This document shows positions 1 to 9,792 of a stretch of 64,000 nt of DNA, piece by piece (position 1 is the stretch's first letter; each line of letters opens with the position of its first letter). Source of the stretch: Candidatus Aminicenantes bacterium (GTDB lineage Bacteria; Acidobacteriota; Aminicenantia; S016-38); NCBI GenBank assembly GCA_027068075.1, contig JAMOUJ010000006.1, forward strand, positions 218,706-282,705. Direction: 5' to 3'. The notes under the pieces were generated by a model that was given only the letters and a program-made list of their open reading frames with translations, ran no database searches and was not told the DNA's origin. Both the position numbers and the translations under genes were made by a program.

Positions 1-1144
1 TCCGGAAAAGAAACTTCCCGAGATGGGAATAGACATCATGGACAGGGCAGCCTCCAGGGCGGCCATAGGGTTTTCCAGCGGGGAGAGGCGGATGCCGGAG
101 GTTACCGTTGCAGACCTTCAGAAGGTGGTCTCAGAAATGAGCGGACTCAGGGAGGAGGAGGTCAAGACCTCCAGCCGGGAGGCCGTCAGGGACCTGGAGA
201 AAAAACTCAAGGAGCAGATAATAGGTCAGGATGAGGCCATAGAAAGGATAGCCCGGGTAATCCGGACGGCCAAACTGGGTTTAGATGTGGACAGCCGCAG
301 GCCCGACGGCGTTCTCCTGTTCGTGGGGCCCACCGGCGTGGGCAAGACCGAAACCGCCCGGGCCCTCAGCAGGATACTTTACGGAAACGAGAAGGGCCTC
401 ATAAGAATAGACATGTCCCAGATGATGGAAAAGCATTTTTACTCCTCCCTGGTGGGTGCTCCTCCGGGCTATGTGGGCTACTACGACCAGAATCAACTCA
501 CCGACAGGGTCATGGCCAGGCCCAATTCCGTAATTCTCCTGGACGAGGTAGAAAAGGCCCACGGCCAGGTGCTCAACATATTCCTTCAGGTTTTTGACGC
601 CGGAAGGCTCTCCGACGGAAGGGGCAGGACGGCGTACTTCAACCACGCCACGGTTATAATGACCTCCAACATAGGCACGGACCTTTACTTCCGCTCCAAG
701 ATAGGATTTGAATGGGGGCGGGTGGTCCGGTCCGAAATCATGCAGGAAATAAGGCGGTTTTTTACCCCCGAATTCCTCAACCGTATAGACGAAATAGTCT
801 TTTTCAGACCCCTGGAACTGGAGGATGTGGAGAAGATAGTGGAACTCCAACTGGGGGATGTGAGGAAGAGGCTTAAACTGGAGGGGAAGGCCCTCGTCCT
901 TACGGAAAAGGCCCGAAGGCTTCTGGCCAGGAGGGGCTACTCCAGGGAATACGGAGCCCGGCTCCTGGGCAGAACATTGAGGGAAATGCTACTGGACAAA
1001 CTGGCGGAGATGAAGTTAAAGAAGGAATGGGAGGGATTTAACACCCTGGTGGCGGATGTTCGGGAGGACGAAATAATAATACTTCCTTCCCGGGAGCCTT
1101 CCCTGGAAGAGGCCTATTTATCCAGGGAGATTGAAGGGGTTTGA
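1..1144 (+). CDS. Clp/Hsp100 AAA+ ATPase (ClpA/ClpC-like), 5'-truncated by the window edge; second AAA+ module visible
   Basis: Frame is open from position 2 (PEKKLPEMGIDIMDRAAS, equivalent to LPDKAIDLxDEA). Walker A GPTGVGKT, pore loop GAPPGYVGY, Walker B ILLDEVEKAH, MTSNIG, PEFLNRID, GAR motif. Confidence 0.9.
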   Translation, partial: PEKKLPEMGIDIMDRAASRAAIGFSSGERRMPEVTVADLQKVVSEMSGLREEEVKTSSREAVRDLEKKLKEQIIGQDEAIERIARVIRTAKLGLDVDSRRPDGVLLFVGPTGVGKTETARALSRILYGNEKGLIRIDMSQMMEKHFYSSLVGAPPGYVGYYDQNQLTDRVMARPNSVILLDEVEKAHGQVLNIFLQVFDAGRLSDGRGRTAYFNHATVIMTSNIGTDLYFRSKIGFEWGRVVRSEIMQEIRRFFTPEFLNRIDEIVFFRPLELEDVEKIVELQLGDVRKRLKLEGKALVLTEKARRLLARRGYSREYGARLLGRTLREMLLDKLAEMKLKKEWEGFNTLVADVREDEIIILPSREPSLEEAYLSREIEGV

Positions 1145-1163
1145 CAGAAAGTCCTGATGGTGG

Positions 1164-1199
1164 AAATTAAAAGGCCGCTCCCGGAGGGAGCAGCCCTTT
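1164..1199 (-). terminator. Intrinsic terminator downstream of HU, between convergent genes
   Basis: Minus strand GGCTGCTCCC-TCC-GGGAGCGGCC (10-bp stem with one G-U pair) followed by TTTTAATTT. Confidence 0.7.
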
Positions 1200-1206
1200 A
1201 ACTTCC

Positions 1207-1500
1207 TTACTTGGCTACCCTTTCCTTGAGGGTCTTTCCTGGCCTGAATACTGGATAATACTTGGCAGGTATCTTGATCTTGGCACCGGTGGCAGGATTC
1301 CTTCCTTCCCTGGCCTTGCGATGGCGGGTAAGGAAAGTGCCGAATCCGGGAATGGAAACCTTCCTTCCAGCATCCAGTTCAGTGGCGATTATCCCCTTGC
1401 CGGGACGAGCGTCAAAGATTGCGTTGATAACCTCAAGAGCTTTGGCCTGAGAAAGGCCGGTGATCTTGGCCAACTTTTTCGCCATTTCGGTCTTGGTCAT
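1207..1500 (-). CDS. hup: HU-family DNA-binding protein
   Basis: MTKTEM...GFGTF...REGRNPATG.KIKIPA...FRPGK.LKE. ATG at 1500 is preceded by GAGGAGGT. Confidence 0.93.
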   Translation of the reverse strand: MTKTEMAKKLAKITGLSQAKALEVINAIFDARPGKGIIATELDAGRKVSIPGFGTFLTRHRKAREGRNPATGAKIKIPAKYYPVFRPGKTLKERVAK

Positions 1501-1524
1501 AGGAACACCTCCTCTTTTTTTTGT

Positions 1525-1554
1525 ATTATAGGACCAGTAAAACTGAAATGTCAA
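1525..1554 (-). promoter_or_regulatory. sigma70-type promoter of the HU gene
   Basis: Exact TTGACA-N18-TATAAT on the minus strand, with an AT-rich UP-like tract at 1555-1592. Confidence 0.85.
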
Positions 1555-1625
1555 TGGTTTTAACGGTTTTAATTAAATTATTTTTTTGAATTAAGGCTAA
1601 ATCCAGCATCCCCGCATCCTGGAGG

Positions 1626-1647
1626 GGAGGGCGGAGAACCGCCCTCC
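1626..1647. terminator. GC-rich hairpin after fhs (possible terminator or RNA stability element)
   Basis: GGAGGGCGG-AGAA-CCGCCCTCC, a perfect 9-bp stem. No clear U-tract on the fhs strand. Confidence 0.4.
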
Positions 1648-1663
1648 GTTTCTCCTCTTATTT

Positions 1664-3331
1664 CTAAAGCAGTCCAGTGATGTTTCCCTCTTCATCTATG
1701 TCCACATTTTCGGCGTTGGGATTTGCCGGAAGCCCGGGCATGAGGAGTATGTCTCCGGTTATGGGCACCAGGAACCCCGCCCCGGAGGAGATCCTTATTT
1801 CCCTAACCGTCACCAGGAAGTCCTTGGGCCTTCCCAGCAGGGCAGGGTTGTCCGAAAGGGATTTCTGGGTTTTGGCGATGCAGACGGGAAAGTGCTCAAA
1901 GCCCATCTTCTTGATTTTCTTCAGGTCGGATTTTGCCTTTTTGGTGAAGTCTATGGCCTGGGCCCCGTATATCTCCCGGGCCACGGTTTCTATCTTCTTC
2001 TCCACGGGCATGTCCAGGGGATAGAGGAATTTTCTGGGGGGATTTTCGTCCAGCCGGCCCATGACGGCCTCGGCCAGTTCCACGGCCCCTTCGCCTCCCC
2101 GACTGTAGGCGTCCATGAGGGCTGGAACCGCCCCCATGCTTTCGGCGAACTCCCGTATTATTTTTATCTCCTCCTCCGTATCTCCGTGGAAGCGGTTGAT
2201 GGCTACCACCGCCCTCACGCCGAATTTCCTTATGTTTTCCAGATGCTTTTCCAGGTTTGGTAGGCCCTTTTCCACGGCCTCTGGATCGGGCTCCTGAAGT
2301 TGGGATAGTTTTTTTCCTCCGTGCATTTTGAGGGCCCTGACGGTGGCCACCAGCACCACCAGATTGGGATAGAATCCGGCGGTTCTGGAGACTATGTCAA
2401 AGAATTTTTCCGCCCCCAGGTCAAAGCCGAAACCCGCTTCGGTGACGGCCACCTCCGAGAGTTTCATGGCCAGTTTTGTGGCCAGAATGGAATTGGCTCC
2501 CTGGGCTATGTTGGCAAAGGGACCCCCGTGGATCAGGGCCGGGGTGTTTTCCGTGGTCTGGACCAGGTTTGGTTTAAGGGCATCCTTGAGCAGGGCTGCG
2601 GCGGCCCCCTCCACCTTCAGGTCCCTGGCGAAGACCGGTTCTCCCTCGTAGGTGTAGCCTATGAGGATGTTTCCAATCCTCCTCTTCAGTTCTTCGTAGG
2701 ATTGGGCCAGGCAAAGTATGGCCATAATTTCCGAGGAAGCGGTGATGTGGAAGAAACTTTCCCTAGGGACCCCCTGGGTTCTTCCCCCCAGTCCGATAAC
2801 TATGTGCCTCAGGGAGCGGTCGTTCATGTCAATGACCCTGGACCATTCAATCCTGCGGGGATCCAGGCAGGGCTTTTTTCGCCGGTAGAGGTGGTTGTCC
2901 ACCACGGCGGCTATGAGGTCGTGGGCGGCGGTTACCGCATGGAGGTCTCCGGTAAAGTGAAGGTTTATGTCCTCCGGTGGGAGAACCTGGGCCCTTCCTC
3001 CTCCGGTGGCCCCTCCCTTCATCCCGAAAAGGGGGCCTAAGGAAGGTTCCCTCAGGGCCACCACGGACCTGACCCCTATCCTGTTGAGACCCAGGGAGAG
3101 TCCGATGGATGTGGTGGTTTTACCTTCCCCCGCCGGGGTGGGGGTTATGGCCGATACCAGCACCAATTTTCCGTCCGGTTCACCGGAAAGGCGCTGAAAA
3201 ATGGAGAGGTTAACCTTGGCCTTGAAATCTCCGTAGAGGTCCAGTTCTTCCCTCTTTATTCCGGCCTTTTCCGCTATTTCCCATATGGGTTTCATTTCCA
3301 CGGACCTTGCGATTTCCATGTCGTAACTCAT
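1664..3331 (-). CDS. fhs: Formate--tetrahydrofolate ligase
   Basis: [71 protein letters not shown]. Confidence 0.97.
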   Translation of the reverse strand: MSYDMEIARSVEMKPIWEIAEKAGIKREELDLYGDFKAKVNLSIFQRLSGEPDGKLVLVSAITPTPAGEGKTTTSIGLSLGLNRIGVRSVVALREPSLGPLFGMKGGATGGGRAQVLPPEDINLHFTGDLHAVTAAHDLIAAVVDNHLYRRKKPCLDPRRIEWSRVIDMNDRSLRHIVIGLGGRTQGVPRESFFHITASSEIMAILCLAQSYEELKRRIGNILIGYTYEGEPVFARDLKVEGAAAALLKDALKPNLVQTTENTPALIHGGPFANIAQGANSILATKLAMKLSEVAVTEAGFGFDLGAEKFFDIVSRTAGFYPNLVVLVATVRALKMHGGKKLSQLQEPDPEAVEKGLPNLEKHLENIRKFGVRAVVAINRFHGDTEEEIKIIREFAESMGAVPALMDAYSRGGEGAVELAEAVMGRLDENPPRKFLYPLDMPVEKKIETVAREIYGAQAIDFTKKAKSDLKKIKKMGFEHFPVCIAKTQKSLSDNPALLGRPKDFLVTVREIRISSGAGFLVPITGDILLMPGLPANPNAENVDIDEEGNITGLL

Positions 3332-3333
3332 TT

Positions 3334-4284
3334 TTACCTCCAGACTGGTGTTAAGGGTTCTTTGCCGCTTAGAACGGCTATTATGTTATCCGCCGCCAGA
3401 TGGGCCATGGCTAAGCGGGCCTCTTCCGTGGCGCTCCCTATGTGGGGAAGGAGGACCACATTGTCCAGTTTGAAAAACTCCGGATTGATGCGGGGTTCTC
3501 CCCTGTAGACATCCAGGCCTGCCCCGAAGAGGCTTCCGTCCTTGAGCCTCTCTATAAGCGCCTCCTCGTCTATCACCGCACCCCTGGCGGTGTTTATCAG
3601 GATGGCTCCCTTTTTCAATTTATGTATCCTGTCCCGGTTTATGAGGTTCTCCGTCTCCGCCGTCAGGGGGATGTGGAGGGTTACTATGTCGCTGGTCTGA
3701 AGCAGTTCGTCCAGTGGAAGGTATCGGGCGCAGAGTTCCGCTTCCCTCCAGGTCTCCAGGTTCCTTCGGCTGTGGTAGACCACCTCCATGGAAAAACCCC
3801 GGGCCCTTCTGGCTACGGCCCTTCCTATCCTTCCCATTCCCACGATCCCCAGCCTTTTTCCCCGGAGTTCTTTGCCGAGAAACAACCTGGCTTCCCATCC
3901 CTTGAACTTTCCCGCAACGGTGAACATGTGGGCTTGAACCACTCTCCGGCTGACGGCGAGAATCAGGGCCCAAGTCAGGTCTGCGGTGGCGTCGGTAAGC
4001 AGGTCCGGGGTATTGGTCACCACAATGCCCCTTTCCCGGGCCGCCTCCACATCTATGTTGTCGTAGCCCACGGCATAATTGGCTATAATCCTGAGTTTTC
4101 TTCCCCTCTCAATGACTTCCCGGTCTATGCGGTCCTTCAAAAAACAAAGGAGTCCTTCCTTGTCCTCTATCTTTTTCAGCAGGTCCTGCCTGTCCTTTAT
4201 CCCTATCTCCAGGTCAAAATTGGAGGAAAGTTTCCGGTGAACTTCCTCAAACAGGGGATGGGTGAGGAGGACCTTTTTCTTCAT
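3334..4284 (-). CDS. D-2-hydroxyacid dehydrogenase (glyoxylate/hydroxypyruvate reductase type)
   Basis: AVGYDNID, VTNTPD, GIVGMGRIG, INTARG.VIDE, GLDVY..EP, LPHIGSAT. Start set at ATG 4284, which overlaps the upstream stop (ATGA). Confidence 0.92.
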   Translation of the reverse strand: MKKKVLLTHPLFEEVHRKLSSNFDLEIGIKDRQDLLKKIEDKEGLLCFLKDRIDREVIERGRKLRIIANYAVGYDNIDVEAARERGIVVTNTPDLLTDATADLTWALILAVSRRVVQAHMFTVAGKFKGWEARLFLGKELRGKRLGIVGMGRIGRAVARRARGFSMEVVYHSRRNLETWREAELCARYLPLDELLQTSDIVTLHIPLTAETENLINRDRIHKLKKGAILINTARGAVIDEEALIERLKDGSLFGAGLDVYRGEPRINPEFFKLDNVVLLPHIGSATEEARLAMAHLAADNIIAVLSGKEPLTPVWR

Positions 4285-5684
4285 TCTTCCTCCGAAAATT
4301 CTATTCGCAGGGGCTGGCTCCGGTTTCCAGCCCTGTCGTAGGATACGACTTCCAGGGGCTGGAGGTCCATGGGGTGAAGGTTCCACGAAAACCGCAGGCC
4401 CAGGTCCAGGCAAACACCCTGCCGGCAAAGCAAAAACCCGGTGAGGTCCGCCTCTCCTCCGCCCTCCCATTGAAGGTAGATTTTCCCTCCTCCGTGGACC
4501 ACGGACAGGGAATGTGGGGGATAGGGAGCAATGGTTTCAATGGCCTGTTCCCAGACCTCCGCCATTAACTGATATCCCTTCCGGGAGGGATGGTTTCCTT
4601 CGGAAAGGAGTTCGTCCTTCCAGTTGGGATTGCTGGTGAAGGCCTTGAAAAAATCCGCCAGGGGCAGGGAATACTTCCTGGCGAACTTCCTCTGAAGTTT
4701 AACTATGCTGAGGAGTTTGTTGTGGAAATAGGGGGCGTACCAGAACCAATCCTTCCTGGGTATTATGGTGGAGAGGACCACATAGGTCCCGAATCTGAGG
4801 GAACGCTCAATGAGGCCCCGGAGGTTTTCTTCCGTGACGGATAGAGGGTATTCTGCGTGAACCACATCGTTGGTGCCTTCGTTGAGAAGGAGGTATCGCG
4901 CCTGCTCTTCCTCCAGTACCCTGTTGATCCTCAGGATGCCTTCCCGGGTTTCTTCCCCGGGCACTCCCCGGTTGACCACCTGGCTGGGTCCAATTCTTTT
5001 GTTAAGGAGTTTTTCCAGCCTGGGCGGGTATCCTATGGGAGGGTCGTGCTGGCAGGTTCCGTATCCGCACCCGTATGTTATGCTGTCGCCGAAGGCTATG
5101 TATTTGTTGGGGGCCAGTTGGTAGTTAAACCAGAAGGGATGGGAGGGAACCCTCAGGGGAAAAGTTTTAATGCCGGGATTCGGTGGAGGGGGCAGGAGAA
5201 CCTCCCTTTTGAGAAGCATGCCGGCGAAGACCTCCTCCAATTCCAGGAGAAGTTCCCCGTCCTTCACCTTAAACTTTGGGTTTATCTGGGGGCCGAATAG
5301 GGGTTTTATCCAGTATTCCCTTCCTCCCATAAAGACGGCCATTCTGTCCTTTACCCCCACGGAAAGCACCCTCCCCCCTTCCAGACACAGGGCCCGGGGG
5401 GAGTAGAGTTCCTCCTGGGAACTCAGGTAGGGTCTTCTGTCCACCAGAAGAGAATACATGTTTCCCTGGTAGCGAAGTTCCAGGAAATGAAGGGTTCCTC
5501 CGCAGGAAAAGGCCCTGGCGTAGTAACTTCCCGCTCCACCCCGGTAAATCAGGCGGTCCCCCTGAAAAATCGCCGCCCGCCCCTGGACAAACCTCAGGGA
5601 AAACTCCACCCCATCCACCTGAAAACTTCCACCGGTTAGGGCCGAAGCCAGGGCCAGGACCAGGACCAGAAACATTTTCCTCAT
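4281..5684 (-). CDS. Exported SGNH/GDSL-family hydrolase with C-terminal FN3-like segment
   Basis: N-terminal signal-like sequence. AFGDSITYG (block I), NRGVPGE (II), EGTND (III), GNHPS..GY (V). C-terminal W.....D..G.....VSYDRAGNRS. Confidence 0.85.
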   Translation of the reverse strand: MRKMFLVLVLALASALTGGSFQVDGVEFSLRFVQGRAAIFQGDRLIYRGGAGSYYARAFSCGGTLHFLELRYQGNMYSLLVDRRPYLSSQEELYSPRALCLEGGRVLSVGVKDRMAVFMGGREYWIKPLFGPQINPKFKVKDGELLLELEEVFAGMLLKREVLLPPPPNPGIKTFPLRVPSHPFWFNYQLAPNKYIAFGDSITYGCGYGTCQHDPPIGYPPRLEKLLNKRIGPSQVVNRGVPGEETREGILRINRVLEEEQARYLLLNEGTNDVVHAEYPLSVTEENLRGLIERSLRFGTYVVLSTIIPRKDWFWYAPYFHNKLLSIVKLQRKFARKYSLPLADFFKAFTSNPNWKDELLSEGNHPSRKGYQLMAEVWEQAIETIAPYPPHSLSVVHGGGKIYLQWEGGGEADLTGFLLCRQGVCLDLGLRFSWNLHPMDLQPLEVVSYDRAGNRSQPLRIEFSEEE

Positions 5685-5690
5685 ACCCCT

Positions 5691-5700
5691 ATGATATCAT
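5691..5700. promoter_or_regulatory. Palindromic extended -10 element shared by the divergent SGNH hydrolase and dnaE
   Basis: ATGATATCAT reads TG-n-TATCAT on both strands within a 26-bp intergenic gap. Confidence 0.55.
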
Positions 5701-5710
5701 TTAAGAGGAG

Positions 5711-8700
5711 ATGAAAGAATTCGTTCACCTTCACCTGCACACCGAGTATTCAATCCTGGACGGAGCCATCAGGCTGGAAGAACTCTATCAGGAGGCCCGG
5801 CGGCAGGGGATGAGGGCCGTGGCCATGACGGACCACGGCAACCTCTTCGGAGGGGTGAAGTTTTCCCTTCTGGGGGAAGAGTTCGGGGTAAAGCCCATCC
5901 TGGGGGCAGAACTTTACATAGCCCCCGAAGGCATCGGCAAAAGGGAGAACGCCCCCGGAAAACCCTCCTTTTACCACATAACCCTCCTGGCCGAATCCGA
6001 AGAGGGTTACAGGAACCTGAGCAAACTCATCACCGTTTCCTATCTTGAGGGTTTTTATTACAAACCGAGGATTGATAAGGAGTTGTTGAGAAAGCACAGT
6101 GGAGGTCTCATTGCCCTTTCAGGGTGCCTCCAGGGGGAAATTCCGCGGTGGATTCAACTTCAGCGGGAGGACATGGCGGAAAAAGCCATCGCCGAATACA
6201 TGGAGATATTCGGAAGGGACAGGTTTTACCTTGAGATGATGGACCACGGCCTGGAGGAGCAGAAACTGGTAAATTCATACCTGGTCCGGGCCAGCAAGAA
6301 GTTCGGACTGAAACTGGTGGCCACCAACGATGCCCATTACCTCAAGAGGGAAGACAACGAACTTCACGACATCCTCCTATGTATCCAGACCAAATCCAAA
6401 CTTTCCGACGAAAATCGGATGAGGTTTAAAACCCCTGAGTTTTACTTCAAGAGCGCCCGGGAGATGGAGGAGGTTTTCCGGGAAATCCCCGAAGCCTTGG
6501 ACTCCACCCTGGAAATTGCCGAGAGGGTGAACTTCAGGCTCCGCCGCAGCGACAAGTACTATCTCCCAAAATTTCCAGTTCCCCAGGGTTATACCCTGGA
6601 GGGTTATTTTGAAGAACTGGTGAAAAAGGGGTTTGAAGACAGGTGGGAAGAACTCAAAGGGAGCGGAATTAGCAGGGAGGAGTACCTGAAGAGGCTGGAG
6701 AGGGAGATTTCCGTAATAAAGAAGAAGGGCTTTGCCGGATATTTTCTCATCGTCTGGGACATAGTGAGGCGGGCCCGGGAGAGGGGGATTCCCGTGGGTC
6801 CCGGCAGGGGTTCCGCCGCCGGGAGTTTGGCCGCCTACAGTTTAGGAATAACCCAACTGGACCCCCTGAAATACGGGCTTCTCTTTGAGAGGTTCCTGAA
6901 CGAAGAAAGGGTTTCCATGCCGGACATTGACATAGACTTCTGCCGCAGAAGGCGGGGAGAGGTGATTGAGGAGATAAAGAACTCCTACGGGAGCGAAAAT
7001 GTTAGCCAGATAATAACCTTCGGAACCATGAAGGCCCGGGCGGCCATCAGGGATGTGGGGAGGGTGATGGGCATAGACGACGATGTGGTGGACAAGACAG
7101 CGAAGAAAATACCTGCCAACATGAGCATAAAGGAGGCCCTGGAGGCGGAGCCCTCCCTCCGGGAAAGTTACGAGAAGGACTCTCAGGTCAAAAAACTGAT
7201 AGACAACGCCGTGAAGATAGAGGGTAGGATAAGACAGGCTTCTGTCCACGCCGCCGGGGTGGTCATCTCCCCCAGACCCCTGGATGAAATCCTTCCCCTT
7301 CACCGGTCCAAAAAGGGCATAACCACCCAGTTTGAGATGTCCGACCTGGAGGCTTTGGGCCTTCTGAAGATGGACATTCTGGGCCTTGCTAACCTCACGG
7401 TTATTGACGATACCCTGAAAATGCTGAAGGCGAGGGAGGGGGTGGAGGTTAACCTGAAGAAAATACCCCTGGACGATCCCGAAACCATGAAGATCTTTCA
7501 GGAGGGAAGGACCAACGGCGTCTTTCAGTTTGAAAGTTCCGGCATGAAAAGAACCCTTATGAAGGCTCGTCCGCAGAGGTTTGAGCACCTCATCGCCTTA
7601 AACGCCCTCTACCGACCGGGTCCCATGCAGTACATAGATGTTTACATAAGGAGGATGCACGGCGAGGAGAAGGTTACCTATCCCTTCCCGGAACTGGAGT
7701 CCATCCTTAAGGAAACCTACGGTGTTCTGGTCTATCAGGAGCAGGTCATGCTGGTGGCGGTTACCCTGGCGGGTTTTTCCATGACCAAGGCCGACGATCT
7801 GAGGAAGGCCATGGGGAAGAAGAAAATAAAACTCATGGAAAGATTGGGGAAGGAGTTCGTGGAGGGGGCTGTGGCCCGGGGAAAGGACCCGGCCCGGGTG
7901 AAAAAACTCTTTGAGGACATGATGCACTTCGGGCAATACGCCTTCAACAAGTCCCACGCTGCGGTCTATTCCCTCATCGCCTTCTGGACGGCCTACCTGA
8001 AGGCCCACTATCCCACCTATTTCCTTTCCGCCCTTTTGACCAACGCCGCCCAGCGGGGGGAGACCTCTGAAATTCTCAAGTACATAAACGACGCCAGGGA
8101 CTTCGGCATAGAGGTCCTTCCGCCGGATGTCAACGAGAGCGAAAGCGAGTTCGTTCCCGTGGGGGAGAAGAAGATAAGGTTCGGTCTCTCCGCCATAAAA
8201 AATGTTGGGGTGAATGCGGTGAGGAACATAGTGGAGACCAGGAAGAAGGTGGGCAAATTTGACTCCATCTTCCACTTCATAAGGACCGTCAACACCAGAA
8301 TGGTCACCCAGAGAGTCATGAAGTACCTTATAATGGCAGGCGCCATGGACTGCTTCGGTATGGACCGCCATCAAATGGTGGAGTTGGTGGAGAGGTATCT
8401 GGACAGGGTGAAAAAACAGGTGGGGGGACTTTTTGACCAGGAAGACGAGGAAATGCTGGAAATTATAAAAAAGATTCCCCGCTGGGATACCCAACTCCTC
8501 TTGAGCCACGAGAAGGAGGCCCTGGGATTCTATCTCTCCCGCCATCCCCTGGACCCATACAGGGATAAACTTAGCAAAATTCCCCACACCGACCTGGTTA
8601 CCCTGGCGGAGGAGGAAGAGGAAAGACTCCAGATGAAGCACCGGGTGGTGGGGGTGATCACGGAGAAGAAAATAAACAAAACCAGAAACAAGAGAAAAAT

Positions 8701-9136
8701 CGCCTGGTTGTTGATAGAGGACCTCACCGGAGTCATGAAAGCCCTGGTTTATCCCGACACCCTGGCCAGGTACGAGGGGCTTCTGGCGGAGAATGTTCCC
8801 CTGGTCTTTCATGTGACCCTGAGGATAGAACCGGAAGGAGAGAGGCTCCTCATAGTGGATAAGGTTTCCCTTCTGGACGACGAAGCCCTGGCCCACGCCA
8901 AGGAATTGGTTCTCCTGTTCAAGGAGGAGGAAATAACCCTGGAGAAACTGGAGGAGGTCATGAAGGTTCTTCGGGATTACAGGGAGGGAACCACCAAACT
9001 AATTCTGGTGGTGGAATCAGGAGGGGAAAGGAAGAAGTTCGCCTCGGAACTCATCCCGACCCTGAAGGTGGATTCTACCCTCCTGAGGTTGCTCAAGAGG
9101 AAACTGGGGGAGGATGGATTTACCCTTGTTTATTGA
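5711..9136 (+). CDS. dnaE: DNA polymerase III alpha subunit
   Basis: PHP domain HLHLHTEYS.LDG, GPGRGSAAGS, SMPDIDIDF, LLKMDILGL, FNKSHA, C-terminal OB fold. No intein seen. Confidence 0.97.
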   Translation: MKEFVHLHLHTEYSILDGAIRLEELYQEARRQGMRAVAMTDHGNLFGGVKFSLLGEEFGVKPILGAELYIAPEGIGKRENAPGKPSFYHITLLAESEEGYRNLSKLITVSYLEGFYYKPRIDKELLRKHSGGLIALSGCLQGEIPRWIQLQREDMAEKAIAEYMEIFGRDRFYLEMMDHGLEEQKLVNSYLVRASKKFGLKLVATNDAHYLKREDNELHDILLCIQTKSKLSDENRMRFKTPEFYFKSAREMEEVFREIPEALDSTLEIAERVNFRLRRSDKYYLPKFPVPQGYTLEGYFEELVKKGFEDRWEELKGSGISREEYLKRLEREISVIKKKGFAGYFLIVWDIVRRARERGIPVGPGRGSAAGSLAAYSLGITQLDPLKYGLLFERFLNEERVSMPDIDIDFCRRRRGEVIEEIKNSYGSENVSQIITFGTMKARAAIRDVGRVMGIDDDVVDKTAKKIPANMSIKEALEAEPSLRESYEKDSQVKKLIDNAVKIEGRIRQASVHAAGVVISPRPLDEILPLHRSKKGITTQFEMSDLEALGLLKMDILGLANLTVIDDTLKMLKAREGVEVNLKKIPLDDPETMKIFQEGRTNGVFQFESSGMKRTLMKARPQRFEHLIALNALYRPGPMQYIDVYIRRMHGEEKVTYPFPELESILKETYGVLVYQEQVMLVAVTLAGFSMTKADDLRKAMGKKKIKLMERLGKEFVEGAVARGKDPARVKKLFEDMMHFGQYAFNKSHAAVYSLIAFWTAYLKAHYPTYFLSALLTNAAQRGETSEILKYINDARDFGIEVLPPDVNESESEFVPVGEKKIRFGLSAIKNVGVNAVRNIVETRKKVGKFDSIFHFIRTVNTRMVTQRVMKYLIMAGAMDCFGMDRHQMVELVERYLDRVKKQVGGLFDQEDEEMLEIIKKIPRWDTQLLLSHEKEALGFYLSRHPLDPYRDKLSKIPHTDLVTLAEEEEERLQMKHRVVGVITEKKINKTRNKRKIAWLLIEDLTGVMKALVYPDTLARYEGLLAENVPLVFHVTLRIEPEGERLLIVDKVSLLDDEALAHAKELVLLFKEEEITLEKLEEVMKVLRDYREGTTKLILVVESGGERKKFASELIPTLKVDSTLLRLLKRKLGEDGFTLVY

Positions 9137-9783
9137 TGGGAGAGTTTCCTTATGTCTTCGTCCTTCCCCACCACCAGGAGCATGTCGGATTCTTTGATGA
9201 CGAAATCCCCCGAGGGTATAAGGTGGAGTTTTTCCGGGATGATTTCCTTCACCGCTATAACCTGAACTCCGTACCTTCTTCTGAGGTCAAGTTCTTTGAG
9301 GCTTTTTCCTATGAACTCCGGAGGAGGGGCTATCTGCTGAATGGAGTATCCCGGGGCCAGGGGAAGAAGGTCTATCACATTGCCGCTCATGATTTTGTGG
9401 GCGGTTCTTATGGCGATGTCCTTTTCAGGGTAAATCACCTCGGTGGCTCCCAGAACTTCAAGGATCTTCTGGTGGTCCTCGTTGAGGGCTTTAACTATTA
9501 TCTCTTTGATTCCCAGTTCCCGAAGGTAGAGAACGGATAATATGCTGGGTTCCATCCGGGGGCCCAGACCCACTATCACGGCGTCGGCCTCCTTCACTCC
9601 GATACTCTCCAGGGTCTCCTTGTCCGTGGCATCCGCCACGAAGGCCTGGGTGGAGAGATCCTTTATCTTCTCAATTATTCCCTCATCGTTGTCCACGGCT
9701 ATAACTTCCTGGCCGTTTTCGTAAAGGGTTTTGGCTATGTAAAAACCGAAACTTCCCAGTCCCAGAACCACGAATTTTCCCAT
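9130..9783 (-). CDS. ktrA: Ktr/Trk potassium uptake RCK (NAD-binding) subunit
   Basis: VVLGLGSFG Rossmann motif, ADATD, GATEVIYPE, TrkA-C domain. Confidence 0.92.
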   Translation of the reverse strand: MGKFVVLGLGSFGFYIAKTLYENGQEVIAVDNDEGIIEKIKDLSTQAFVADATDKETLESIGVKEADAVIVGLGPRMEPSILSVLYLRELGIKEIIVKALNEDHQKILEVLGATEVIYPEKDIAIRTAHKIMSGNVIDLLPLAPGYSIQQIAPPPEFIGKSLKELDLRRRYGVQVIAVKEIIPEKLHLIPSGDFVIKESDMLLVVGKDEDIRKLSHQ

Positions 9784-9792
9784 TTTTTCCTC

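Noticed and set aside
1170..1200. CCGGAGGGAGCAGC resembling the SRP RNA domain IV motif
   Set aside because: It lacks the upstream CAGG/internal-loop partner and long stem, and is better explained as the HU terminator.
5711..9136. Intein or split in dnaE
   Set aside because: Length is normal, motifs are continuous, and no intein-like insertion was seen.
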